DNA of 64,000 nucleotides from Lama guanicoe (taxonomy: Eukaryota). The DNA lies in the NCBI GenBank assembly GCA_013239625.1, contig MU055178.1:8306873-8370872 (forward strand), written 5' to 3'. Positions 1 to 13,100 of the stretch are shown piece after piece (within the stretch, counting starts at the first letter, position 1; every line of letters begins with the position of its first letter). A model generated the notes under the pieces. The model did no database searches. It had not been told where the DNA came from and saw nothing but the letters and a program-made list of their open reading frames with translations. The translations under genes and the position numbers were made by a program.

Positions 1-199
1 TTTTGAAAATCTCTAAGCATATTTAGAGTAGTACTATCATTATTAGCGCTCACTGACTGGCTTCTGATCGTTAATTCCTCTCTAGATTGTTGTAGGGATC
101 TGGCACCGGCCCAGCGGCAGGCCTAGGATGGAACTGGGATGAGGAAGGGGGGGATCTGTACAGCGCGAATTCTAGAGCACTGCGGAAGAGGTGCAGAGG

Positions 200-960
200 A
201 GGGCGCTGGGTGGGGCCCACCTCCTTTGGTGCGGCTGGCGTCGCCACTTTAAGGCGGCGGCGGCGCGAGCAGGTCTATGGTAATGAGCCGCCGCCGCGGC
301 CGCCGCCGCTCTGCAGAGCTTGCCCGCCCGCCGAGGCGAGGGAGCGTGGGGCTGGGCCCGGGGCCGCGGCGACAGCAGCAGCGGCGGCGGGGACGCGGGG
401 CACGAGCGGGCGGCGCGGGACCGTCGGTGGTGTCCGGGGCCAGGCCGGGGTCTCGGTGCGCAGCTCTGCGGGCACAGGTGGGCTATCTCACGGGGAGCAA
501 GGGGCACTCCGGAGATCGCGGGGCCAGCAGGGCCAAGGGCGCGAGGGGCCCGCGGGCGCAGGTGGCGAGAGGCGGGTGTGTGAGTGGAGGCGCGGCGCAG
601 CCTGTGGTGGTTGGGGTGATCCGGGCCCTGGCCCGCTTCGGGGACCGGTGGGACCCCGGGCGCGTCCGAGAGCGCAGCGCCCGGCCCGGCTGAGGCATCA
701 AGGAGCAGGCCCCGCGAGGCGCACGAGTGGCCCCCGGGGACTGGCGCCCGGGCCTGGGCATGAGGCGCGGCGGGGCCGGCAGGAGCGGGAGGAGGAGCCG
801 CCGCCGCCGTTGACCCGGCCGGCCGGGAACAGGGAGAGATGCGGAGCCCGGCGGCCCGCGCCCCTCTTCCAACGCCGCTGCCGCCGCTGCTGCTACTGCT
901 GCTGCTGCTGCTGCTGTCGCCACTACTAGGAGACCAAGTGGGACCCTGTCGTTCCCTGGG
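200..960 (+). promoter_or_regulatory. CpG island promoter / 5' leader of CELSR2
   Basis: Very GC- and CpG-dense stretch with GCC/GGC runs directly upstream of and overlapping the CELSR2 ATG at 839. Confidence 0.85.
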
Positions 961-3900
961 GCCCGGGGGACGCGGCTCCTCGGGGGCCTGCTCCCCCGTG
1001 GGTTGGCTCTGTCCAGCCTCATCCTCGAACCTCTGGCTCTATACCAGCCGCTGCAGGGATGCGGGGACCGAACTGACTGGCCATCTGGTGCCCCATCACG
1101 ATGGTCTGAGGGTCTGGTGTCCAGAATCCGGGGCCCACATCCCCCTGCCGCCAGCCCCTGAAGACTGCCCCTGGAGCTGTCGTCTCCTAGGCATTGGAGG
1201 CCACCTTTCCCCACAGGGCAAGCTTACCCTGCCCCATGAGCACCTGTGCTTAAAGGCCCCACGGCTGAGATGTCAGTCCTGTAAGCTGGTGCAGACCCCA
1301 GGGTTCAGGGCAGGGGGAAGCTCAGCAGAAGAGCCCATGGGTGGGCGTCGGAAAAGGAATGTGAATACAGCCCCTCAGTTCCAGCCCCCCAGCTACCAGG
1401 CCACAGTGCCCGAGAACCAGCCAGCTGGTACACCTGTGGCATCTCTGCGAGCCATCGACCCTGATGAGGGTGAGGCAGGTCGGCTTGAGTACACCATGGA
1501 TGCCCTCTTCGATAGCCGCTCCAACCATTTCTTCTCCCTGGACCCAATCACTGGTGCAGTAACCACAGCCGAGGAGCTGGATCGTGAGACCAAGAGCACC
1601 CATGTCTTCAGGGTCACAGCACAGGATCATGGCATGCCCCGACGCAGTGCCCTGGCCACACTCACCATCTTGGTGACTGACACCAATGATCACGACCCTG
1701 TTTTTGAGCAACAGGAGTACAAGGAGAGCCTTAGGGAGAACCTGGAGGTTGGCTATGAGGTTCTCACTGTCAGAGCCACAGATGGTGATGCCCCTCCCAA
1801 TGCCAATATTCTGTACCGCCTGCTGGAGGGGCCTGGGGGCAGCCCCTCTGAAGTCTTTGAGATTGACCCTCGCTCTGGGGTAATCCGAACCCGTGGGCCG
1901 GTAGATCGGGAAGAGGTGGAGTCCTACCAGTTGACGGTGGAAGCAAGTGACCAGGGTCGGGATCCCGGTCCACGGAGCGCCACAGCTGCTGTTTTCCTGT
2001 CTGTGGAGGATGATAATGACAATGCCCCCCAGTTCAGTGAGAAGCGGTATGTGGTCCAGGTGAGGGAGGATGTGACCCCGGGAGCCCCGGTACTTCGGGT
2101 CACAGCCTCGGATAGAGACAAGGGCAGCAACGCCTTGGTGCATTACAGCATCATGAGTGGCAACGCTCGGGGACAGTTTTACTTAGATGCCCAGACTGGG
2201 GCTCTGGACGTGGTGAGCCCTCTTGACTACGAAACGACCAAGGAATATACCCTAAGGGTTCGGGCCCAGGATGGCGGCCGTCCCCCTCTCTCCAACGTCT
2301 CCGGCCTGGTAACAGTGCAGGTTCTGGACATCAATGACAATGCCCCCATCTTCGTCAGTACCCCCTTCCAGGCTACTGTCCTTGAGAGTGTCCCCTTAGG
2401 CTACCTGGTTCTCCATGTCCAGGCCATTGATGCTGATGCTGGTGACAATGCCCGCCTGGAATACCGCCTTGCCGGGGTTGGGCCTGACTTCCCCTTCACC
2501 ATCAACAACGGCACAGGCTGGATCTCCGTGGCTGCTGAGCTGGACCGGGAGGAGGTTGATTTCTATAGCTTTGGAGTAGAAGCCCGAGACCATGGCACCC
2601 CAGCACTCACTGCCTCAGCCAGTGTCAGTGTGACCATCTTGGATGTCAATGACAACAACCCGACTTTTACCCAACCGGAGTACACAGTGCGGCTCAATGA
2701 GGACGCAGCTGTGGGCACCAGCGTGGTGACAGTGTCGGCCGTAGACCGTGATGCCCACAGTGTCATCACCTACCAGATCACCAGCGGTAACACCCGAAAC
2801 CGCTTCTCCATCACCAGCCAGAGTGGTGGTGGGCTGGTGTCCCTCGCCCTGCCGCTGGACTATAAACTTGAACGGCAGTATGTGCTGGCCGTCACTGCTT
2901 CCGATGGCACACGACAGGACACAGCACAAGTGGTGGTAAACGTCACCGACGCCAATACCCATCGTCCTGTATTTCAGAGCTCCCACTACACAGTGAATGT
3001 TAACGAGGACCGTCCAGCAGGCACTACGGTGGTGCTAATTAGTGCCACAGATGAGGACACAGGTGAGAATGCCCGCATCACCTACTTTATGGAGGACAGC
3101 ATCCCCCAGTTCCGCATTGATGCAGACACGGGGGCTGTCACTACCCAGGCTGAGCTGGACTACGAGGACCAGGTGTCCTACACCCTGGCCATTACTGCCC
3201 GGGACAATGGCATTCCCCAGAAGTCTGACACCACCTACCTGGAGATCCTGGTGAATGATGTGAATGACAATGCTCCTCAGTTCTTGCGGGATTCCTACCA
3301 GGGCAGCGTCTATGAGGATGTGCCCCCCTTCACCAGCGTCCTGCAGATCTCAGCCACTGACCGTGACTCTGGCCTTAACGGCAGGGTCTTCTACACCTTC
3401 CAAGGGGGCAATGATGGAGATGGTGACTTTATTGTAGAGTCTACATCAGGCATTGTGCGAACACTGCGGAGGCTGGATCGTGAAAATGTGGCCCAGTACA
3501 TCTTGCGGGCATATGCAGTGGACAAGGGGATGCCTCCGGCCCGCACACCCACAGAAGTGACGGTCACTGTGTTGGATGTGAACGACAATCCACCTGTCTT
3601 TGAGCAGGATGAGTTTGATGTGTTTGTGGAAGAAAACAGCCCCATTGGGCTGGCTGTGGCCCGAGTCACAGCCACTGACCCTGACGAAGGCACCAATGCC
3701 CAGATCATGTACCAGATCGTGGAGGGCAACATCCCTGAGGTCTTCCAGCTGGACATATTCTCTGGGGAGCTGACCGCCCTGGTGGACTTGGATTATGAGG
3801 ACCGGCCTGAATACATCCTGGTCATCCAGGCCACGTCAGCTCCCCTGGTGAGCCGGGCTACAGTACATGTCCGCCTGCTTGACCGCAATGACAACCCGCC

Positions 3901-4148
3901 GGTGCTGGGCAACTTTGAGATTCTTTTCAACAACTATGTCACCAACCGTTCTAGCAGCTTCCCAGGGGGTGCCATCGGCCGGGTGCCTGCCCATGACCCT
4001 GACATCTCTGACAGCCTGACTTACAGCTTTGAGCGGGGGAATGAGCTCAGCCTAGTCCTGCTCAATGCCTCCACCGGTGAGCTGAGGCTGAGTCGGGCAC
4101 TGGACAACAACCGACCTCTGGAGGCCATCATGAGCGTGCTGGTGTCAG
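839..4148 (+). CDS. CELSR2: CELSR2 exon 1 (signal peptide, prodomain, cadherin repeats)
   Basis: 1109-aa ORF; donor TCAG|GTAAGG. Confidence 0.97.
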
Positions 4149-7100
4149 GTAAGGAAGGGCCCCGCTGATTGGGGAGTGGGGGTGACCCTTGGGGGAGAAC
4201 CTGGGCAGCCGTCCAAGGGAGAAAGTGCTGACCCGCCTCTCTACCCCATATGGTATGTGGCCCAGCGGTTGAGCGGCAGGAGGCAGCTTGGGAAGGAGCC
4301 CTAGGAATCCTGGTAGCTGTGCTTGCCAGCCCACCGCCCCAGGCCAGGCTGGGCTGCTTCGGTTGGCTGCCCCCTGCCTACCAGCCTGGGACGTGGTGGG
4401 GGAAGTGTTGTGAGGCTGCCCTCACTATGGCTGCCAAGAATTGTGAAAAAAGGCGCGTGGAAGACTAGGGTCTGGGAGAGCTGGGAGAGGGATGGAGAGG
4501 ACTGCGGCCAGAGAGGCGAGCTGGCCCGCTCAGCACCCCTGCACACCCCCCGACAGGGTACCCCTGTGATCTCATACGGCCTTCTGACAGAGCTGAGGCT
4601 ACGGGGGCACAGGGTTGCTGCTGCGGGGTCAGGACCCTGCAGTAGGGCCCCTTCTGGCTCCCGGCTGAGCCACAGACCGGCTGAGGGGGACTTTGTCTAG
4701 TACATTCTTTTCCCTCCAGGCAGAAAGAGCCTGGCCTGGCTCCCCCTTCAGAGCTCCCACAGGAAGTGAGGCCAGAGCTTATTGTCTCTGTCCAAACAGA
4801 CCCCACTGTCAGAGGTTGTGGTTTGGGGTCCGGCTTGGGGGAGGGGCTGCAGTGAAGCCAGGGGCAGGCTGAGGTTTCCTGGGTCCCCATGGGCTGTTCT
4901 TAGACTCCAGGCCTTCCTTGAGGGCCGTGAGAGCCTGTGCTCAGGGGATGGGGTGTGGGGACCACTATGAGCCAGGAGACTGGTGGCTCCTGAGGGCAGA
5001 GCCCCCTGATCCAGTGGTGAGAGAACAGAATTCTGGGGCGTGGGAGCCTGGCCGGGACCCAGGCTGGGCATTCCAGCTGCTTGGCCAAGCGCTCAGCCTG
5101 CAGACTCCCTGGACGGAAGGGCTGGGGGAGGAGAGTTGGGGTGGGGGCGACAATCTGTCTTTTCTGTTGGCTACAGGGAGTCGGCAGCAGCAGCAGGAGC
5201 GGGCCAGCCCCAGGTTGCTGAGCCCCTTCCCCAAGCTGGGGAACAACTGGGACCCTCTTGAGGGGCTCATTGTTAGCTGCACTCTGGGGATGGGTGGGTC
5301 AGGGTACCCCCACTCCAGACACATCAAGGTGGGGAGAAAAAGTAGAACCTGGAGGGCTTCACTCCCATTCCAGGAGTCTGTGCTGGGAGGGGAGTGAGAG
5401 GAGTGCAAGACACAGGGCGTGGCTTCAGCCCCCTCCCCATTTGTGGTCCTACCTGGACAAATGCCTCCCCTGCCCCACTCCTCAGGTGGCCTTAGGAACC
5501 AGGGCAAGTGAGCTTTTAGAGGTCATGGACAAGGCTCTGTGCCTCTTGAAGCTTCAGTTCGCCTTCAGGAGGAGAAAGTGGGAGCTGGAACTCCTGTATC
5601 TCCTATCTCTTATCTCGTGGCCTTCTCTGTGCCGGGAGGCAGTGGGAAGGGGTAGAGGAAGCGCCTTTCCTGCCTGTCCACCCTCACGTCCTCCCTAGGT
5701 GAGGGATGGGGCAGAGGGGGCCCCGCCCCGCTTTTCTGCTCCTACCAGGAGAGAGCCCCAGACTTCGGCTCCCCTAGAATAGAGGGGGAGGCCTTGGCTA
5801 GCCCTCCAGCACTAGCCCCACCCTCTCCCCTCGGCCCTGACCCTTGGAGGCAGTCACCACGGCAACCCCAAAGTTCAGGGAGGCTGGGGTGAGGGGGATC
5901 GACTCCCACTGCCCCTTTGTTTTCTTTCTCTTGTTCTTTGTCTCTTCTTTCTTTCCTGCTTCTGCCCTTAGGGGCCCTTCTGCACTGCCCTGTCCACTGC
6001 GCTTTCCACATCTCCTGTATAACTCTCCTCCTTTCCCACTTTCTCCGCTGCTGGCTCTTTTCCTGGGTCTTTGTCTTCCCTGTTTGGGCTCCCTGTTTAT
6101 GCCTCTCTGACTTCCCCCTTTCTTGTTCCCTGTGGCTGCAGCTGCCCCAGCTTGGGCTGGATGGCTCTCCTGAAGCCTGAATTCTCCCTGCCTCTTTCTT
6201 ACTCTGCCAGGACTCACAGGAGCGCCTGTCCTTGGCTTGGTCAGCCCGCAGAGGGGCAGACCCCCTCCAGGCCTACACCTTCCATTGGCACATCTGCCAG
6301 GGGGAGAGAGGCTTGGAGTCTGATTCTGCTACAGTCTGGGACTTGGCACTTTTCCAGGTGTGGCTGGCTGGGCTCTGGACACAGGTGGTGTTTCCTGGGG
6401 TCAGGGTCCATCCCAACCATTTTCTGTCCAGGAAGATGGCTCAGGCAGAGCACCTCCCCATCCCTGTTCCTTCCGTTGTCTTTGTACCTGAGGGGTGACC
6501 CAGGTCAAGGCAGGGGAGAGGAACAAAGAGGAAGGAGAGAGCAGTAGGTTGACTGCTGGGATGGGGGACAGTAGCAGAGGGGGCAGGTGGCCACAGATGG
6601 TGGACCAGATGGGAAGCAACAGAGACACACTGGGCGAGGGGCACAGGCGGGGCTTGGGGCCATAGGGAGGAGTGCCTGTTCCCAGGGCTGAGTGGTGGTG
6701 AGGTTTTCTTGCTCATTGGCCCTGACTGCTCCCTCCTCTCCCTGATCAGTTGAGAGTACTCTGTGTGGACTCCTGGGCTGCTTTCTGCTTGGAGGGACTA
6801 TCCCACCAAGGAATCACTGGCACCAGGTACACAAGAGCCCTGTGCCAGCTCCATACCTAAGTGCAGGGGGGTCTGAGAGAGGGAGAAAAATAGAGCCTGA
6901 GGTCATAAATCTGGGCAGGCTTCCTGGCACAGGTGAGTTTTAGGGCGGGTTAGAAAACTAGGAGGACTGTGGGCTGGTGTCTTGGTAGGCCAGGTAGGAA
7001 GAACAGCCTGTTCAGTAGCTGCAAGTCAAGAGTAGGAGGAGCAGAAGTGGGTGATGACAGGCAGGCTTGCTGGTGAGAGCAGGCGGGCCTTGGCATTCTC

Positions 7101-10100
7101 AAGCAATGAGGCTGGAGGGCAAGTGGGCAGTGGGCTGAGGACATGGCTGAGATGGGTGTCTGGCTTTAGCACCCCCTGCCCCCGGGCTCAACTGAGCCAC
7201 CAGGGTAGTTAGCCATCTCAAGTCGGTATGACATAGAAGTAGAATCTATTCCCAGATCCCTCCCCTACTCCCACCCCACCCCAGAAACACCAACTCCTGC
7301 CCCACTCCTGCTAGCATGTCCTTTTAATAGCTACTTGGGCCTCTTTTGCTGTGTTTTAAAGACCATTTCTTCATTATGGAGACTGAATAGATTCTCATGA
7401 ACATCTTAGTATTTACCGAACACCTACTATGTGTACACCTTGTAGTAAATAAAAAACATGAATATCCCTTATAGCCCTGCCAAGCCATTTCCCCCTCCCC
7501 TTGGCCTCCAGCTTTCATTCTGAGCTAAGTAAAATCCATTGCCATGTATTTGTGCATTCAGGTGTGCATGGTATTTCTGGACTTAGGGTGTGTGGGTGGA
7601 GTGAGACACCAGAGTGTTAGTACTTAGCTACTTATAAGTGAGTGTGTGGCCTGGGGGTGTGCCAGGCACTTGGGTGTAATGCAGTGAGCCAAGTGGGCGA
7701 TGAGTAGCTGGAGGCCCTGGGGCTAGAGGAGTGGTCAGCCCAGCAGGGCTCCGTGTGGGGCTCAGGGTGGAGAGCTGCCCAGGGCCTTCCATCTCTGGTC
7801 CCCAGAACCCCATAGCATCAGGGAAGTGGGTGGTGCTGCCACCAGTAGGGTGGCTCAGCTGGATTTCTTGGGGCAGGGGCCCCCCAGGCTACCCTCAGCA
7901 GTCTAGAGTTAGGCGGGAAGAATGCTTTGTGTGGGGCGTTGCCATGGGGATAGTGGGCCTGCGCCCAAGCAGCCATGGGGCTCAGTGGGAGGGGGACTGG
8001 GTGGCCCACTGACCCAGTTCACCCCCGACTCTCTGCTGCAGTGGGGGAGGGAGAACACAGCCAGGGTCACAGTTATGGTAGTGTTGGGACACAGAGGCTG
8101 TGAGGGAGCAGGAGGATTGTATTTGTGATTCTCTCGTGGTGCTCTGGGCCCCGTAGAGAGGTTAAGACAAAGACAAAACAGGATTCTTGTTCAGGGAAGC
8201 ATTGAGTCTGGTATAAGGGAGCAGGTCCCAGGGCTTGGGCAAGGCAAGGTGCACAGAAAGTAAAATAATATATTCACTACTTGCTATTGTTCTTGTTTTA
8301 AAATTCAACTAAATATTGTTGATGTGCCCTTGCTTCACAACAGAGGGTTTCTGGAAAATATGCAAAGAAAACTTCTGAAAATCGGTCCTCTTAAGTGCCA
8401 TTGGGGGCTAATCCCTCAAGGAGTGACTCACCTGACTTACGCATAACTTCCGAGGGCACCTTTATGCCAGTTAGAAAAGGGGACCCCTTCTTGGCAACTG
8501 GGCAGTGCAGGAGTGTGCAGGCTGGATTTCAGCCGGCACTTGCTGCCTTCACCCGGTGCCCCTACCCAGGGCCAGGTCTCTGGCGCAGCACCTCTGTTCT
8601 CCCCGGTCCTGACCGTCTGGCCTCTCCACAGACGGCGTGCACAGTGTGACCGCCCAGTGCGCACTGCGCGTCACCATAATCACGGATGAGATGCTCACGC
8701 ACAGCATCACGCTGCGCCTGGAGGACATGTCGCCGGAGCGCTTCCTGTCGCCCCTTCTGGGTCTCTTCATTCAGGCGGTGGCTGCCACGCTGGCCACCCC
8801 GCCAGACCACGTGGTGGTCTTCAACGTGCAGCGGGACACCGACGCCCCCGGCGGCCACATCCTCAACGTGAGCCTGTCGGTGGGCCAGCCGCCGGGTCCC
8901 GGGGGCGGGCCGCCCTTCCTGCCCTCCGAGGACCTGCAGGAGCGCCTGTATCTCAACCGCAGCCTGCTGACGGCCATCTCCGCACAGCGCGTGCTGCCCT
9001 TTGACGACAACATCTGCCTNNNNNNNNNNNNNNNNNNNNNNNNNNNNNNNNNNNNNNNNNNNNNNNNNNNNNNNNNNNNNNNNNNNNNNNNNNNNNNNNN
9101 NNNNNNNNNNNNNNNNNNNNNNNNNNNNNNNNNNNNNNNNNNNNNNNNNNNNNNNNNNNNNNNNNNNNNNNNNNNTGAGACTGAGGTGGACCTCTGCTAC
9201 TCGCGGCCCTGTGGCCCCCATGGGCGCTGCCGAAGCCGTGAGGGCGGCTACACCTGTCTCTGCCGCGAGGGCTACACGGGTGAGCCCTCACCGAGGGAGA
9301 GGGACCCCTGGGGGCGGCCCTGGAGGACTAGCTGCGGTGCCAGCACAATCGGGCTAAGAACAGGGGTGGCCTCATTCCTTTTTAGGGTAAGGTACAGGGT
9401 GCACTGGCCATTCACAAGTCCCCCCTTGCTCTTTCACAACCACCAAATGGGAAAGTCAGAGAGGGAAGCCTTCTCCCCACTAGGCAGTGTAACGGAGTTC
9501 TAGAGCCAACCTGCTTGCATTTGTATCCCAGCTTTGACAATAGTAGCTGTGTGACCTTGGGCAAATTACTTAACCTCTCTGTGCCTTAGTATTTTTAAAT
9601 GAAGATAATGACTCCACTTACATCATAAAGTGGTTGTGAGGATTAACTTAATTAATTTAATATGTATGAAGAGCTGGCCTGTAGGAAGTATTATGTTGGC
9701 TGTGATTTAAAAGAAGGCTGAGGTCACTTGTTCCTGGTCTCATCTCACAGCTTGATTAGAGGCTGGGCCTAGTACCTAATCTCTCCCTACTACTGAGTGA
9801 TTTACTCTTCTGAGTTGCAACGAGTGCTTGTCTTCCCAGGTATTAAAGGGAAGATACAAAAGGGCTGGGGAAACTGGAGAGGTTTGGGTGTGGGGGTAGG
9901 GGTTTCAGAAGATCACTGCACCTGTGTGACACCGAGCATCATAGTCCCACCCTTGCCCAGGTGTGTAAAACAGGGTCCTGACTAAAAGACCTCCCTGTTG
10001 GCCTGTTTCCTCCCTGCATACTCACCGCCACAGGGGCCAGAACACCCCTAAGCTTGCTTGGTAGCCCTCGCACTGAAGGCCACCGGCGTCTTTACACATC

Positions 10101-13100
10101 TTGTCCCCAGCCTTTTTCTGGATGCTCACTGCCCCTGCTTTGTGCTCCTGACTCCTCCCTACAGGTTCCCATTTCTACTCATGACATCCCCTTCTCTCCT
10201 CTATGAGCCTTTCCTTCCCAGATGCCTTAGGTCTGGCTCCCTCTCCTCCAGAGCCATGCCCACTGGCTCTGCCAGCAGTGGTAGGCAGGCCCCACCACCT
10301 TCCCTCCTGCATCTTCCTGCCCAGAACTTGCCAGACTTGACTCCTCTCAGCTGCTACTGTGGGTGGGGGGAACAGAGGGCTGGGCTTGGGGGAGGGGAGG
10401 AAGTCTTTGTCCAGGAGGATGGGGTGGGGGGGGTGCTTAGAGTAGGCGAACAACAGTTTCCATGGAAACGAGAGCCAGTCACTAGGCACTGGAGCTGAGA
10501 ACCTATCTCTAGAATCTGGGAATGGGGAGGGAGAGAAAGGGGTGGATTTTTCCATCTGATTTTGGAATTTGCAGCTCCTCCATTGAATCCTGGTCTATGC
10601 CCAGGGCTTGGTTCCCTACTCTCGCAGCATTTTCCAAGTGCACAGAGGGCCTCAGTCTGGGCGCCAGGGCTGCCCCATTCCTGGAGAGTCCCTAGCTTCC
10701 CGCCTATACCTCCGCATAACTCTGACAAATCCAAGTGGAAGCCTGGTCTCATCCCTAGGGAGAGAAACAGATCTTGGCGCCTGACAGGGACAAAAGCACC
10801 AGTGGGCGGGGGGGTTGGCACCAGCCCTCGTGCTATACTGCAGGCCTTTCCTTCCATGTGTACTCACCCCTGCAGGGGCCAGAACACCCCCAAGCTTGCT
10901 TGGTAGCCCTCGCACCGAAGGCTACTAGGGCTTGGGCCTTATGATCAGTGACCTCGTAGGCTTTGCTCTTGAGGCCCAAACAGTGGTATGGAAGGAACTG
11001 GGGGCTTCATGGAACTTGCAGGAGAGAGGTACATGGGATTGTGGTGAGAATGGTCCAGTGGGCGGGGGTTTCATGGACCTCAGAGAAGATGAGCATACGA
11101 GGGGAAGTGGGGGTGCCTGGGAGAATTTGGGAGTATTATGGGGGTCACAGGAGACCATGGAAGCATCACTGGGTGGGAAGGAGTCCCAGTTCCCCTCCTC
11201 CTCCCCCCCAGGCACTTGGTGCTCACCTGATTTACCTCTTGCCCAGGTGAGCACTGCGAGGTGAGTGCCCGCTCAGGCCGTTGCACTCCGGGTGTCTGCA
11301 AGAATGGGGGTACCTGTGTCAACCTGCTGGTGGGCGGCTTCAAGTGCGACTGCCCGTCCGGAGACTTCGAAAAGCCCTTCTGCCAGGTGACCACGCGCAG
11401 CTTCCCTGCCCGCTCCTTCATCACCTTCCGGGGCCTGCGCCAGCGCTTCCACTTCACCCTGGCCCTCTCGTGAGTGCCGGGGCGTGGGGCTGGGGGCCCA
11501 GGGGAGCCTGGGCGCTTCCTGTTCTGTGGGCAAGGGAGGTCAGGCAGCAAAAGTGCTCAGAGCTGGTTGTTGGCAGAGCCAGGTCTGCGCTTGGATTTGT
11601 GTGCATTCTTTGCCGGCAGGCCTCCCTCACACACCAGGGCCACCCATCGCTTCTCCCACCCCACACCCTCAAGGGTGGGAGCCAGGATGCCAAGGTTCTG
11701 GTCCTGGTTTGGGCTCATCTTTCACACTCTAGCCACATGTCCCATAGCCTTGGCCAAAGAGTCAGCCCTCTGGAGGGTTCTGAGTAGGATCAGGGCTAGT
11801 TAGGTGGCTGGAGTGCTGGCATTCAGGTAGGTGCCCCATTCTCTGCCCCCACCCCCCACTCCTGCTCAGGTTTGCCACCAAGGAGCGCGACGGGCTGCTG
11901 TTATACAACGGGCGCTTCAACGAGAAGCATGACTTTGTGGCCCTCGAGGTGATCCAGGAGCAGATCCAGCTCACCTTCTCTGCAGGTGATCCCAGTGGCC
12001 CCATGTCCTTGCCCATCTCCTAGAGGCTCCAAGTCTCTCGGCCCTTGACCCCAAGTCACACACTCTCCCAGCCAGATCTGGGGCCAGCCCAACCATGAGC
12101 ACACCCTCCCCATGCCCAGCCCTCATCTGGTGTCCCAGCTCACCTGGGTCCTTTCCCCAGGGGAGTCGACCACCACCGTGTCCCCATTCATGCCTGGAGG
12201 GGTCAGTGACGGCCAGTGGCACACGGTACAGCTGAAGTACTACAATAAGGTGGGTGTGGGAGGGGGCAAGGAGTTGGAGGGCTCTGTCCTTGGCTCAGGT
12301 GCTCACCCAGACCTGGGTGGCACTGTATTCCTGGGGGCTGGTCATGGCACTTCTGGCTGAAAGGGAAGGAGGGAGGGGTGGAATTTGCCACCGTGCTGGG
12401 CATTCCCATTCCACTGGGGGGTGTAGACGCTGCCTGTTCTGTTAGACAGGCACATACTTAAATGGACATTGAAGAAGGTAAGCATGTAGGTCATGTGGGC
12501 ACACATTTGTGTGGTGTGTGTGTATGTACACGCATATATGTGTGTAGGGCTGTACACAAAGGTGGTCAGTGTGTGCTGGTGTCTTCGTGCCTGCCCATGA
12601 ACTGAGTGGCTCCTGTCCCTTCTTTCTCATCTCTGCTCTGCCCTGTCCACAGCCACTGTTGGGCCAGACAGGGCTCCCACAGGGCCCATCTGAGCAGAAG
12701 GTGGCTGTGGTGACCGTGGATGGCTGTGACACAGGTGTGGCCCTGCGCTTCGGAGCTGTGCTGGGCAACTACTCCTGTGCTGCCCAGGGCACCCAGGGTG
12801 GCAGCAAGAAGTAAGCAGGGGAGGGGGCTAGGGGTGCGGTGAAGTGTGGGGCCAGGCAGCTGGGGAGGGTTGTAAGGGAGGCCTTTGGGGGCCTTAAAAT
12901 GGGAACCAATTCAGATGAGGGCCTTCCCTCCCCTTGCTTCTCTTTGCCGCTGCTCAGCTCTCTGTGGGGACTGGGGAGGGGGGCAGGAGTGAGCAAGATT
13001 GGGGGATTAGAGCTGAGCCTTGCGCAGTGGTCTGGGGAGGGGTGGGCAGATGAGAGCAGCTCCAGGTTGGGGCTCCCCTTCCCCCGGCTGCTCTGCAGGG

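Noticed and set aside
172-1214. Long overlapping ORFs in the CpG island (210..929 +, 483..1214 -, others)
   Set aside because: Low-complexity Arg/Gly/Pro/Ala products expected from stop-poor GC-rich DNA; no domain signal
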